From the human T2T-CHM13v2.0 reference genome, Homo sapiens: a stretch of DNA of 64,000 bases. Both the position numbers and the translations under genes were made by a program. The stretch is taken from NCBI RefSeq assembly GCF_009914755.1, contig NC_060933.1; one strand, given 5' to 3'. Below the pieces are notes generated by a model. The model made no database searches, was not told where the DNA came from, and saw nothing but the letters and a program-made list of their open reading frames with translations. This document shows, one piece after another, positions 1-14,600 of the stretch. The number at the start of each line of letters is the position of its first letter. The stretch's first letter is position 1.

Positions 1-2099
1 ATGGAATGGAATGGAATGGAATGGAATGGAATGGAATGGAATCAACACGAGTGCAGGGGAATGGAATGGAATGGAATGCAATGGAATGGAATCATCCGGA
101 ATGGAATGGAATGGAATGCAATGGAATGGAATGGAATGGAATCAACCCGAGTGCAATGGAATGGAGTGAAATGGAATGGAATGGAATGGAAACAACCAGA
201 ATGGATGGAATATAATGGAGTGTAAGGGAATTGAATAGCATCAATCTGAATGTAATGAAATGGAATGGAACGGAATGGAATGGAATGGAATGGAATGGAA
301 TGGAATGGAATGGAATGCAATGGAATGGAATCAACCCGAGTGCAATCGAATGGAATCGAATGCAATGGAATGCAATGGAAAGGATTCAACTTGAATGGAA
401 TGGAAAGAATGGAATCACCATGAGTGGAATAGCATGGATTGGAATGGAATGGAATGGAATCAACCAGAGTACAGGGGAATGGAATGGAATGGAATGCCAT
501 GGAATGGTATCATCAGTAATGGAATGGAAAGGAATGGAAAGGAATGGAATGGAATGGAATGGAATGGAATGGAAAGGAATCAACTCGATTGCAATCGAAT
601 GGAATGGAATGGAATTAACCCGAATAGAATGGAGTAGAATGGAATGGAACGGAACGGAATGGAAGGGAATGGAATGGAATGGAACGGAAAGGAATGGAAT
701 GGAATGGAATGGAATGGAATGGAAGGGAATGCAATGGAATGGAACAACCCGAATGGAAAGGAATGTAATGGAGAGTAAGGAAGTTGAATAGAATCAATCC
801 GAATGTAATGGAATGGAATGCAACGGAATGGAATGGAATGGAATGGAATGGAATGGAATGGAATGGAATGCAAAGGAATTGAATCAACCCGAGTACAATG
901 GAATGGAATGGAATGGAATGGAATGGAATGGAATGGAACGGAATGGAATGATACGGAATAGAATGGAATGGAACGAAATGGAATGGAATGGAATGGAATG
1001 GAGTGGAATGGAATCGTTCCGAGTGGAATAGGAGGGAAAGTATTCGAGTGGAATGGAAAGGAATGGAATCAACCAGAGTGGAATGGAAGGGAATGGAATG
1101 GAATGGAATGGAATGGAATGGAATCAACCCGAGTGCAATCGAATGGAATCAAATAGAATGGAATGCAATGGAATGGATTCAACTTGAATGGAAAGGAAAG
1201 AATGGAATCAACACGAGTGGAATGGCATGGATTGGAATCGAATGGAATGGAATCAACCCGAGTACAGGGGAATGGAATGGAATGGAATGCAATGGAATGG
1301 AATCATCAGTAATGGAATGGAAAGGAATGGAAAGGACTGGAATGGAATGGAATGGAATGGAATGGAATGGAATGGAATGGAATCAACTCGATTGCAATCG
1401 AATGGAATGGAATGGAATTAACCCGAATAGAATGGAATGGAATGGAATGGAACGTAACGGAATGGAATGGAATGGAATGGAATGGAACGGAAAGGAATGG
1501 AATGGAATGGAATGGAACGGAATGGAATGGAGTGGAATCAACGCGAGTGCAGGGGAATGGAATGGAATCGAATGGAATGGAAAGGAATGGAATGGAATCA
1601 ACCCGAGTGCAGGGGAACGTAATGGAACGGAATGCAATGGAATGGAATCATCCGGAATGGAATGGAATGGAATGGAATGGAATGCAATGGAATGGAATCT
1701 TCCGGAATTGAATGAAATGGAATGGAATGGAATAGAATGGAATGCAATGGATTCAACTCGATTGCAATGGAATGGAATAGAATGGAATGGAATGGAATGG
1801 AATGGAATGGAATTAAACCGAATAGAATGGAATGGAATGGAATGGAACGGAACAGAACGGAACGGAACGGAACGGAGTGGAACGGAATGGAATGAAATTG
1901 TATGGAATGGAATGGAATGGTACGGAATAGAATGGAATGGAAAGAATTGGAATGGAATGGAATCGAATGGAATGGAATGGAATGGAATGGAATCAACCCG
2001 AGTGCAGGGGAATGTAATGGAACGGAATGCAATGGAATGGAATCATCCGTAATGGAATGGAATGGAATGGAATGGAATGGAATGGAATGGAACGGAATC

Positions 2100-5000
2100 A
2101 ACCCGAGCGCAATGGAATGGAGTGGAATGGAATGGAATGGAATGGAACAACCCAAATGGAATGGAATGTAATGGAGAGTAAGGGAGTTGAACAGAATCAA
2201 TCCGAATGTAATGGAATGGAACGGAATGGAATGGAATGGAATGGAATGGAATGGAATGGAATGCAATGGAATGGAATCAACCCGAGTACAATGGAACGGA
2301 ATGGAATGGAATGGAATGTAATGGAATGGAATGGAATGGAATGGAATGGAATGGAACGGAATGGAATGGAATGGAATCAACCCGAGTGCAATGGAATGGA
2401 GAGGAATGGAATGGAATGGAATGGAAACTACCCGAATGGAATGGAATGTAATGGAGTGTAAGGGAATTGTATAGAATCAATCCGAATGGAATGGAATGGA
2501 ATGGAACGGAATGTAATGGAATGGAATGGAATGGAATCAACCCGAGTGCAGGGGAATGGAATGGAATGGAATGCAATGGAATGGAATCATCCGGAATGGA
2601 ATGGAATGGAATGCAATGGAATGGAATGGAATGGAATGGAATGCAATGGAATGGAATCAACCCGAGTGCAATGGAATGGAGTGAAATGGAATGGAATGGA
2701 ATGGAGACAACCAGAATGGATTGGAATATAATGGAGTGTAAGGGAATTGAATAGAATCAATCTGAATGTAATGAAATGGAATGGAACGGAATGGAATGGA
2801 ATGGAATGGAATGGAATGGAATGGAATGCAATGGAATGGAATCAACCCGAGTGCAATAGAATGGAATCGAATGGAATGGAATGTAATGGAATGGATTCAA
2901 CTTGAATGGAATGGAAAGAATGGAATCAACACGAGTGGAATGGCATGGATTGGAATGGAATGGAATGGAATCAACCCGAGTATAGGGGAATGGAATGGAA
3001 TGCAATGCAATGGAATGGAATCATCCGTAATGGAATGGAATGGAATGGAATGGAATGGAATGGAATGCAATGGAATGGAATCAACCCGAGTGCAATGGAA
3101 TGGAGAGGAATGGAATGGAATGGAATGGAAACTACCCGAATGGAATGGAATGTAATGGAGTGTAAAGGAATTGAATAGAATCAATCCGAATGTAATGGAA
3201 TGGAATGGAACGGAATGGAATGGAATGCAATGGAATGGAATGGAATGGATTGCAATGGAATGGAATCAACCCGAGTGCAATCGAATGGAATCGAATGCAA
3301 TGGAATGCAATGGAATGGATTCAACTTGAATGGAAAGGAAACAATGGAATCAACACGAGTGGAATGGCATGGATTGGAATACGAATGGAATGGAATCAAC
3401 CCGAGAACAGGGGAATGGAATGGAATGGAATGCAATGGAATGGAATCATCCGTAATAGAATGGAAAGGAATGGAATGGAATGGAATGGAATGGAATGTTA
3501 GGGAATGGAATCAACTCGATTGCAATCGAATGGAATGGAATGGAATTAACCCGAATAGAATGGAATGGAATGGAATGGAACGGAACGGAATGGAATGGAA
3601 TGGAATGGAATGGAATGGAATGGAATGGAACGGAACGGAATGGAATGGAATGGAATGGAATGGAATGGAATCAACGCGAGTGCAGGGGAATGGAATGGAA
3701 TGGAATGCAATGGAATGGAATCTTCCGGAATGGAATGGAATGGAATGGAATGGAATGAAATGCAATGGATTCAACACGATTGCAATGGAATGGAATAGAA
3801 TGGAATGGAATGGAATGGAATGGAATTAATCCGAATAGAATGGAATGGAATGGAATGGAACGGAATGGAACGGAATGGAATGGAATGGAATGGAATGGAA
3901 TAGAACGGAATGGAACGGAATGGAATGGAATGGAATGGAATGGAATGGTATGGAATGGAATGGAATGGTACGGAATAGAATGGAATGGAACGAATTGTAA
4001 TGGAATGGAATTGAATGGAATGGAATGGAATGGAATGGAATCAACGCGAGTGCAGGGGAATGTAATGGAATGGAATGCAATGGAATGGAATCATCCGGAA
4101 TGGAATGGAATGGAATGGAATCAACCCGAGTGCAATGGAATGGAGTGGAATGGAATGGAATGGAATGGAACAACCCGAATGGAATGGAATGTAATGGAGA
4201 GTAAGGGAGTTGAATAGAATCAATCCGAATGTAATGGAATGGAATGCAACGGAATGGAATGGAATGGAATGGAATGGAATGCAACGGAATTGAATCAACC
4301 CGAGTACAATGGAATGGAATGGAATGGAATGGAATGGAATGGAATGGAATGGAATGGAATGGAATGATACGGAATAGAATGGAATGGAACGAAATGGAAT
4401 GGAATGGAATGGAATGGAATGGAATGGAATGGAATGGAATGGAATGGAATGGAATCGTTCCGAGTGGAATAGGAGGGAATGTATTCGAGTGGAATGGAAA
4501 GGAATGGTATCAACCAGAGTGTAATGGAAGGGAATGGAATGGAATGGAAACTAATAGAATGGAATCAACCCGAGTGGAATGGAATGGAAAGGAATGGAAT
4601 GGAATGGAATGGAATGGAATCAACTCGATTGTAATGGAATGGAATGGAATGGAATGCAATGGAATGGAATTAACCCGAATACAATGGAATGGAATGGAAT
4701 GGAACGGAATGGAGTGGAATGGAATGGAATCAACCCGAGTGCAGGAGAATGGAAAGGAATGGAATGCAATGGAATGGAATCATCCGGAATGGAATGGAAT
4801 GGAATGGAATGCAAAGCAATGGAATCAACTCGATTGCAATGGAATGGAATGGAATGGAAAGGAATACATTGGAATCAACCCGAGTGGAATGGAATGGAAA
4901 GGACTGGAATGGAGTGGAATGGAATCGAATGGAATGGAATGGAATCAACTCGATTGGAATGGAATGGAATGGAATGGAATTAACCCGAATAGAATGGAAT

Positions 5001-8000
5001 GGAATGGAATGGAACGGAACGGAATGGAATGGAATGGAATGGAATGGAATGGAATCAACCCGAGTGCAATGGAATGGAGTGGAATGGAATGGAATGGAAA
5101 GGAACAACCCGAATGGAATGGAATGGAATGGAGAGTAAGGGAGTTGAATAGAATCAATCCGAATGTAATGGAATGGAACGGAATGGAATGGAATGGAATG
5201 GAATGGAATGGAATGGAATGCAATGGAATGGAATCAACCCGAGTACAATGGAACGGAATGGAATGGAATGGAATGTAATGTAATGGAATGGAATGGAATG
5301 GAATGGAATGGAATGGAATCAACCCGAGTGCAATGGAATGGAGAGGAATGGAATGGAATGGAATGGAAACTACCCGAATGGAATGGAATGTAATGGAGTG
5401 TAAGGGAATTGAATAGAATCAATCCGAATGGAATGGAATGGAATGGAACGGAATGTAATGGAATGGAATGGAATGGAATCAACCCGAGTGCAGGGGAATG
5501 GAATGGAATGGAATGCAATGGAATGGAATCATCCGGAATGGAAAGGAATGGAATGCAATGGAATGGAATGGAATGGAATCAACCCGAGTGCAATGGAATG
5601 GAGTGAAATGGAATGGAATGGAATGGAGACAACCAGAATGGATTGGAATATAATGGAGTGTAAGTGAATTGAATACAATCAATCTGAATGTAATGAAATG
5701 GAATGGAACGGAATGGAATGGAATGGAATGGAATGGAATGGAATGGAATGCAATGGAATGGAATCAACCCGAGTGCAATGGAATGGAGTGAAATGGAATG
5801 GAATGGAATGGAGACAACAAGAATGGATTGGAATATAATGGAGTGTAAGGGAATTGAATAGAATCAATCTGAATGTAATGAAATGGAATGGAACGGAATG
5901 GAATGGAATGGAATGGAATGGAATGCAATGGAATGGAATCAACCCGAGTGCAATAGAATGGAATCGAATGGAATGGAATGTAATGGAATGGATTCAACTT
6001 GAATGGAATGGAAAGAATGGAATCAACACGAGTGGAATGGCATGGATTGGAATGGAATGGAATGGAATCAACCCGAGTATAGGGGAATGGAATGGAATGG
6101 AATGCAATGGAATGGAATCATAAGTAATGGAATGGAATGGAATGGAATGGAATGGAATGGAATGGAATGGAATGCAATGGAATGGAATCAACCCTAGTGC
6201 AATGGAATGGAGAGGAATGGAATGTAATGGAATGAAACCTACCCGAATGGAATGGAATGTAATGGAGTGTAAAGGAATTGAATGGAATCAATCCGAATGT
6301 AATGGAATGGAATGGAACGGAATGGAATGGAATGCAATGGAATGGAATGGAATGGATTGCAATGGAATGGAATCAACCCGAGTGCAATCGAATGGAATCG
6401 AATGGAATGGAATGCAATGGAATGGATTCAACTTGAATGGAATGGAAAGAATGGAATCAACACGAGTGGAATGGCATGGTTTGGAATAGGAATGGAATGG
6501 AATCAACCCGAGTACAGGGGAATGGAATGGAATGGAATGCAATGGAATGGAATCATCCGTAATGGAATGGAAGGGAATGGAATGGAATGGAATGGAATGG
6601 AATGGAATGTTAGGGAATGGAATCAACTCGATTGCAATCGAATGGAATGGAATGGAATTAACCCGAATAGAATGGAATGGAATGGAATGGAACGGAACGG
6701 AACGGAACGGAATGCAATGGAATGGAATGGAATGGAATGGAATGGAACGGAACGGAACGGAATGGAATGGAATGGAATGGAATGGAATGGAATGGAATCA
6801 ACGCGAGTGCAGGGGAATGGAATGGAATGGAATGCAATGGAATGGAATCTTCCGGAATGGAATGGAATGGAATGGAATGGAATGAAATGCAATGGATTCA
6901 ACTCGATTGCAATGGAATGGAATAGAATGGAATGGAATGGAATAGAATGGAATTAATCCGAATAGAATGGAATGGAATGGAATGGAACGGATTGGAACGG
7001 AATGGAATGGAATGGAATGGAATGGAATGGTATGGAATGGAATGGAATGGTACAGAATAGAATGGAATGGAACGAATTGTAATGGAATGGAATTGAATGG
7101 AATGGAATGGAATGGAATGGAATCAACGCGAGTGCAGGGGAATGTAATGGAACGGAATGCAATGGAATGGAATCATCCGGAATGGAATGGAATGGAATGG
7201 AATGGAATGGAATCAACCCGAGAGCAATGGAATGGAGTGGAATGGAATGGAATGGAATGGAACAACCCGAATGGAATGGAATGTAATGGAGAGTAAGGGA
7301 GTTGAATAGAATCAATCCGAATGTAATGGAATGGAATGCAACGGAATGGAATGGAATGGAATGGAATGGAATGCAACGGAATTGAATCAACCCGAGTACA
7401 ATGGAATGGAATGGAATGGAATGGAATGGAATGGAATGGAATGGAATGATACGGAATAGAATGGAGTGGAACGAAATGGAACGGAATGGAATGGAATGGA
7501 ATGGAATGGAATGGAATGGAATGGAATGGAATCGTTCCGAGTGGAATAGGAGGGAATGTATTCGAGTGGAATGGAAAGGAATGGTATCAACCAGAGTGTA
7601 ATGGAAGGGAATGGAATGGAATGGAATCTAATAGAATGGAATCAACCCGAGTGGAATGGAATGGAAAGGACTGGAATGGAATGGAATGGAATGGAATCAA
7701 CTCGATTGTAATGGAATGGAATGGAATGGAATGCAATGGAATGGAATTAACCCGAATACAATGGAATGGAATGGAATGGAACGGAATGGAGTGGAATGGA
7801 ATGGAATCAACCCGAGTGCAGGAGAATGGAATGGAATGCAATGAAAAGGAATGGAATCATCCGGAATGGAATGGAATGGAATGGAATGCAAAGCAATGGA
7901 ATCAACTCGATTGCAATGGAATGGAATGGAATGGAAAGGAATACATTGGAATCAACCCGAGTGGAATGGAATGGAAAGGACTGGAATGGAGTGGAATGGA

Positions 8001-8200
8001 ATGGAATGGAATGGAATGGAATCAACTCGATTGGAATGGAATGGAATGGAATGGAATGGAATTAATCCGAATAGAATGGAATGGAATGGAATGGAACGGA
8101 ACGGAATGGAATGGAATGGCATGGAATCAACCCGAGTGCAATGGAATGGAGTGGAATGGAATGGAATGGAATAGAACAACCCGAATGGAATGGAATGTAA
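2100..8200 (+). repeat. Older ~3 kb tandem duplication (~2100-5057 and ~5058-8200)
   Basis: Paired ORFs and landmarks: 2467/5409, 2906/6003, 3205/6312, 4620/7697, 4689/7766. Shared rare words TGTTAGGGAAT (~3495/~6608) and GCAAAGCAAT...ATACATTGG (~4811/~7888). Confidence 0.85.
5578..5945 (+). repeat. ~185-bp local tandem duplication (copied again at ~13795-14165)
   Basis: AACCCGAGTGCAATGGAATGGAGTGAAAT...GAGACAAC..GAATGGATTGGAATATAATGGAGTGTAAG...CAATCTGAATGTAATGAAAT starts at 5581 and 5766. It is present once in the paralogous unit at ~2659. Confidence 0.85.
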
Positions 8201-8488
8201 TGGAGAGTAAGGGAGTTGAATAGAATCAATCCGAATGTAATGGAATGGAATGGAACGGAATGGAATTGAATGGAATGGAATGGAATGGAATCAACCCGAG
8301 TGCAATGGAATGGAGAGGAATGGAATGGAATGGAATCGAAACTACCCGAATGGAATGGAATGTAATGGAGTGTAAGGGAATTGAATAGAATCAATCCGAA
8401 TGTAATGGAATGGAATGGAACGGAATGGAATGGAATGGAATGGAATGGAATGGAATGGAATGGAATGGAATGGAATGCAATGGAATGG

Positions 8489-8650
8489 AATCAACCCGAG
8501 TGCAATCGAATGGAATCGAATGGAATGGAATGCAACGGAATGGATTCAACTTGAATGGAATGGAAAGAATGGAATCAACACGAGTGGAATGGCATGGATT
8601 GGAATGGAATGGAATGGAATCAACCCGAGTACAGGGGAATGGAATGGAAT
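8489..8650 (+). repeat. pHuR98-like (chromosome 9q12 / HSat3B5-type) Sat III block; representative copy of many
   Basis: The block reads AATCAACCCGAGTGCAATCGAATGGAATCGAATG...GGATTCAACTTGAATGGAATGGAAAGAATGGAATCAACACGAGTGGAATGGCATGGATTGG...CAACCCGAGTACAGG and recurs throughout domain A. It matches my recollection of the pHuR98 clone and primer sequence; not verified by alignment. Confidence 0.7.
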
Positions 8651-11600
8651 GGAATGCAATGGAATGGAATCATCCGGAATGGAATGGAAAGGAATGGAAT
8701 GGAATGGAATGGAATGGAATGGAATGGAATCAACTCGATTGCAATCGAATGGAATGGAATGGAATTAACCCGAATACAATGGAATGGAATGGAATGGAAC
8801 GGAACGGAATGGAATGGAATGGAATGGAACGGTACGGAATAGAATGAGATGGAATGGCATGGAATGGAATCAACGCGAGTGCAGGGGAATGGAATGGAAT
8901 GGAATGCAATGGAATGGATTCAACCTGAATGGAATGGAAACAACGGAATTAACACGAGTGGAATGGCATGGATTGGAATGGAATGGAATGGAATCAACCC
9001 GAGTACATGGGAATGGAATGGAATGGAATGCAATGGAATGGAATCATCCGTAATGGAATGGAAAGGAATGGAATGGAATGGAATGGAATGGAATAGAATG
9101 GAATGGAATCAACTCGATTGCAATCGAATGGAATGGAATGGAATTAACCCGAATAGAATGGAATGGAATGGAATGGAACGGAACGGAACGGAATGGAATG
9201 GATTGGAATGGAATGGAATGGAATGGAACGGAAAGGAATGGAATGGAATGGAATGGAATGGAATGGAATGGAATCAACGCGAGTGCAGGGGAATGGAATG
9301 GAATGGAATGCAATGGAATGGAACAACCCGAATGGAATGGAATGTAATGGAGAGTAAGGGAGTTGAATAGAATCAATCCGAATGTAATGGAATGGAATGG
9401 AACGGAATGGAATTGAATGGAATGGAATGGAATGGAATCAACCCGAGTGCAATGGAATGGAGAGGAATGGAATGGAATGGAATGGAAACTACCCGAATGG
9501 AATGGAATGTAATGGAGTGTAAGGGAATTGAATAGAATCAATCCGAATGTAATGGAATGGAATGGAACGGAATGGAATGGAATGGAATGGAATGGAATGG
9601 AATGGAATGGAATGGAATGCAATGGAATGCAATCAACCCGAGTGCAATCGAATGGAATCCAATGGAATGGAAGGCAATGGAATGGATTCAACTTGAATGG
9701 AATGGAAAGAATGGAATCAAGACTAGTGGAATGGCATGGATTGGAATGGAATGGAATGGAATCAACCCGAGTACAGGGGAATGGAATGGAATGGAATGCA
9801 ATGGAATGGAATCATCCGTAATGGAATGGAAAGGAATGGAATGGAATGGAATGGAATGGAATGGAATGGAATGGAATGGAATGGAATCAACTCGATTGCA
9901 ATCGAATGGAATGGAATGGAATTAACCCGAATAGAATGGAATGGAATGGAATGGAACGGAACGGAACGGAACGGAACGGAGTGGAATGGAATGGAATGGA
10001 ATTGTATGGAATGGAATGGCATGGTACGGAATAGAATGGAATGGAAACAATTGGAATGGAATGGAATCGAATGGAATGGAATGGAATGGAATGGAATCAA
10101 CCCGAGTGCAGGGGAATGTAATGGAACGGAATGCAATGGAATGGAATCATCCGGAATGGAATGGAATGGAATTGAATGGAATGGAATGGAATGGAATGCA
10201 ATGGAATGGAATCAACCCGAGTACAATGGAACGGAATGGAATGGAATGTAATGGAATGGAATGGAATGGAATGGAATGGAATGGAATGGAATGGAATCAA
10301 CCCGAGTGCAATGGAATGGAGAGGAATGGAATGGAATGGAATGGAAACTACCCGAATGGAATGGAATGTAATGGAGTGTAAGGGAATTGAATAGAATCAA
10401 TCCGAATGGAATGGAATGGAATGGAACGGAATGTAATGGAATGGAATGGAATGGAATCAACCCGAATGCAGGGGAATGGAATGGAATGGAATGGAATGGA
10501 ATGGAATGGAATGGAATGGAATGGAATGGTATGGAATGGAATGGAATGGTACGGAATAGAATAAAATGGAACGAATTGTAATGGAATGGAATGGAATGGA
10601 ATGGAATGGAATCAACGCGAGTGCAGGGGAATGTAATGGAACGGAATGCAATGGAATGGAATCATCCGGAATGGAATGGAATGGAATGCAATGGAATGGA
10701 ATGGATTGGAATCAACCCGAGTGCAATGGAATGGAGTGAAATGGAATGGAATGGAAACAACCAGAATGGATTGGAATATAATGGAGTTTAAGGGAATTGA
10801 AAAGAATCAATCTGAATGTAATGAAATGGAATGGAACGGAATGGAATGGAATGGAATGCAATGGAATGGAATGCAATGGAATGGAATCAACCCGAGTGAA
10901 ATCGAATGGAATCGAATGCAATGGAATGCAATGGAATGGATTCAACTTGAATGGAAAGGAAAGAATGGAATCAACACGAGTGGAAAGGCATGGATTGGAA
11001 TGGAATGGAATGGAATCAACCCGAGTACAGGGGAATGGAATGGAATGGAATGTAATGGAATGGAATCATCAGTAATGGAATGGAAAGGAATGGAAAGGAC
11101 TGGAATGGAATGGAATGGAATGGAATGGAATGGAATGGAATCAACTCGATTTCAATCGAATGGAATGGAATGGAATTAATCCGAATAGAATGGAATGGAA
11201 TGGAATGGAACGGAACGGAACGGAATGGAATGGAATGGAATGGAATGGAACGGAAAGGAATGGAATGGAATGGAATGGAATGGAATGGAATGGAATGGAA
11301 TCAACGCGAGTGCAGGGGAATGGAATGGAATCGAATGGAATGGAAAGGAATGGAATGGAATCAACCCGAGTGCAGGGGAATGTAATGGAACGGAATGCAA
11401 TGGAATGGAATCATCCGGAATGGAATGGAATGGAATGGAATGGAATCAACCCGAGTGCAATGGAATGGAGTGGAATGGAATGGAATGGAATGGAACAACC
11501 CGAATGGAATGGAATGTAATGGAGAGTAAGGGAGTTGAAAAGAATCAATCCGAATGGAATGGAACGGAATGGAATGGAATGGAATGGAATGGAATGCAAA

Positions 11601-14600
11601 GGAATGGAATCAACCCGAGTACAATGGAATGGAATGGAATGGAATGGAACGGAATGGAATGGAATGGAATGGAATGGAATGCAATGGAATGGAATCTTCC
11701 GGAATGGAATGGAATGGAATGGAATGCAATGGATTCAACTCGATTGCAATGGAATGGAATAGAATGGAATGGCGTGGAATGGAATGGAATGGAATTAAAC
11801 CGAATAGAATGGAATGGAATGGAATGGAACGGAACAGAACGGAACGGAACGGAACGGAGTGGAATGGAATGGAATGGAATTGTATGGAATGGAATGGAAT
11901 GGTACGGAATAGAATGGAATGGAAAGAATTGGAATGGAATGGTATCGAATGGAATGGAATGGAATGGAATGGAATCAACCCGAGTGCAGGGGAATGTAAT
12001 GGAACGGAATGCAATGGAATGGAATCATCCGTAATGGAATGGAATGGAATGGAATGGAATGGAATCAACCCGAGCGCAATGGAATGGAGTGGAATGGAAT
12101 GGAATGGAATGGAACAACCCGAATGGAATGGAATGTAATGGAGAGTAAGGGAGTTGAATAGAATCAATCCGAATGTAATGGAATGGAATGGAACGGAATT
12201 GAATGGAATGGAATGGAATGGAATGCAATGGAATGGAATCAACCCGAGGTCAATGGAATGGAGAGGAATGGAATGGAATGGAATGGAAACTACACGAATG
12301 GAATGGAATGTAATGGAGTGTAAGGGAATTGAATAGAATCAATCCGAATGTAATGGAATGGAATGGAACGGATTGGAATGGAATGGAATGGAATGGAATG
12401 GAATGGAATGCAATGGAATGGAATCAACCCGAGTGCAATCAAATGGAATCGAATGGAATGGAATGCAATGGAATGGATTCAACTTGAATGGAATGGAAAG
12501 AATGGAATCAACACGAGTGGAATGGCATGGATTGGAATGGAATGGGATGGAATCAACCCGAGTACAGGGGAATGGAATGGAATGGAATGCAATGGAATGG
12601 AATCATCCGTAATGGAATGGAAAGGAATGGAATGGAATGGAATGGAATGGAATGGAATGGAATGGAATCAACTCGATTGCAATCGAATGGAATGGAATGG
12701 AATTAACCCGAATAGAATGGAATGGAATGGAATGGAACGGAACGGAATGGAATGGAATGGAATGGAATGGAACGGAAAGGAAGGGAATGGAATGGAATAG
12801 AATGGAATGGAATGGAATGGAATCAACGCGAGTGCAGGGGAATGGAATGGAATGGAATGCAATGGAATGGAATCTTCCGGAATGGAATGGAATGGAATGG
12901 AATGGAATGGAATGGAATGGAATCAACCCGAGTGCAATGGAATGGAGTGGAATGGAATGGAATGGAATGGAACAACCCGAATGGAATGGAATGTAATGGA
13001 GAGTAAGGGAGTTGAATAGAATCAATCCGAATGTAATGGAATGGAATGGAACGGAATGGAATTGAATGGAATGGAATGGAATGCAATGGAATGGAATCAA
13101 CCCGAGTGCAATGGAATGGAGAGGAATGGAATGCAATGGAATGGAAACTACCCGAATGGAATGGAATGTAATGGAGTGTAAGGGAATTGAATAGAATCAA
13201 TCCGAATGTAATGGAATGGAATGGAATGGAACGGAACGGAATGGAATGGAATGGAATGGAATGGAATGGAATGCAATGGAATGGAATCAACCCGAGTGCA
13301 ATCAAATGGAATCGAATGGAATGGAATGCAAAGGAATGGATTCAACTTGAATGGAATGGAAAAAATGGAATGAACACGAGTGGAATGGCATGGATTGGAA
13401 TGGAATGGAATGGAATCAACCCGAGTACAGGGGAATGGAATGGAATGGAATGCAATGGAATGGAATCATCCGTAATGGAATGGAAAGGAATGGAATGGAA
13501 TGGAATGGAATGGAATGGAATGGAATGGAATGGAATCAACCCGAGTGCAATGGAATGGAGAGGAATGGAATGGAATGGAATGGAAACTACCCGAATGGAA
13601 TGGAATGTAATGGAGTGTAAGGGAATTGAATAGAATCAATCCGAATGGAATGGAATGGAATGGAACGGAATGTAATGGAATGGAATGGAATGGAATCAAC
13701 CCGAGTGCAGGGGAATGGAATGGAATGGAATGCAATGGAATGGAATCATCCGGAATGGAAAGGAATGGAATGCAATGGAATGGAATGGAATGGAATCAAC
13801 CCGAGTGCAATGGAATGGAGTGAAATGGAATGGAATGGAATGGAGACAACCAGAATGGATTGGAATATAATGGAGTGTAAGTGAATTGAATACAATCAAT
13901 CTGAATGTAATGAAATGGAATGGAACGGAATGGAATGGAATGGAATGGAATGGAATGGAATGGAATGGAATGGAATGCAATGGAATGGAATCAACCCGAG
14001 TGCAATGGAATGGAGTGAAATGGAATGGAATGGAATGGAGACAACAAGAATGGATTGGAATATAATGGAGTGTAAGGGAATTGAATAGAATCAATCTGAA
14101 TGTAATGAAATGGAATGGAACGGAATGGAATGGAATGGAATGGAATGGAATGCAATGGAATGGAATCAACCCGAGTGCAATAGAATGGAATCGAATGGAA
14201 TGGAATGTAATGGAATGGATTCAACTTGAATGGAATGGAAAGAATGGAATCAACACGAGTGGAATGGCATGGATTGGAATGGAATGGAATGGAATCAACC
14301 CGAGTATAGGGGAATGGAATGGAATGGAATGCAATGGAATGGAATCATAAGTAATGGAATGGAATGGAATGGAATGGAATGGAATGGAATGGAATGGAAT
14401 GCAATGGAATGGAATCAACCCTAGTGCAATGGAATGGAGAGGAATGGAATGGAATGGAATGAAACCTACCCGAATGGAATGGAATGTAATGGAATGTAAA
14501 GGAATTGAATGGAATCAATCCGAATGTAATGGAATGGAATGGAACGGAATGGAATGGAATGCAATGGAATGGAATGGAATGGATTGCAATGGAATGGAAT

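Noticed and set aside
88-102. GGAATCATCCGGAAT as additional perfect HSEs
   Set aside because: The central box is ATC, not TTC. It is a one-mismatch relative of the HSE word and was not counted, though weak binding is possible.
1260-1272. CAGGGG words as G-quadruplex motifs
   Set aside because: The G4 tracts are isolated and separated by tens to hundreds of bases, with no cluster of four G3+ runs.
1700-1707. TTCCGGAA as a STAT (GAS) site
   Set aside because: GAS needs TTC-N3(4)-GAA; the spacing here is N2, which fits HSE geometry instead.
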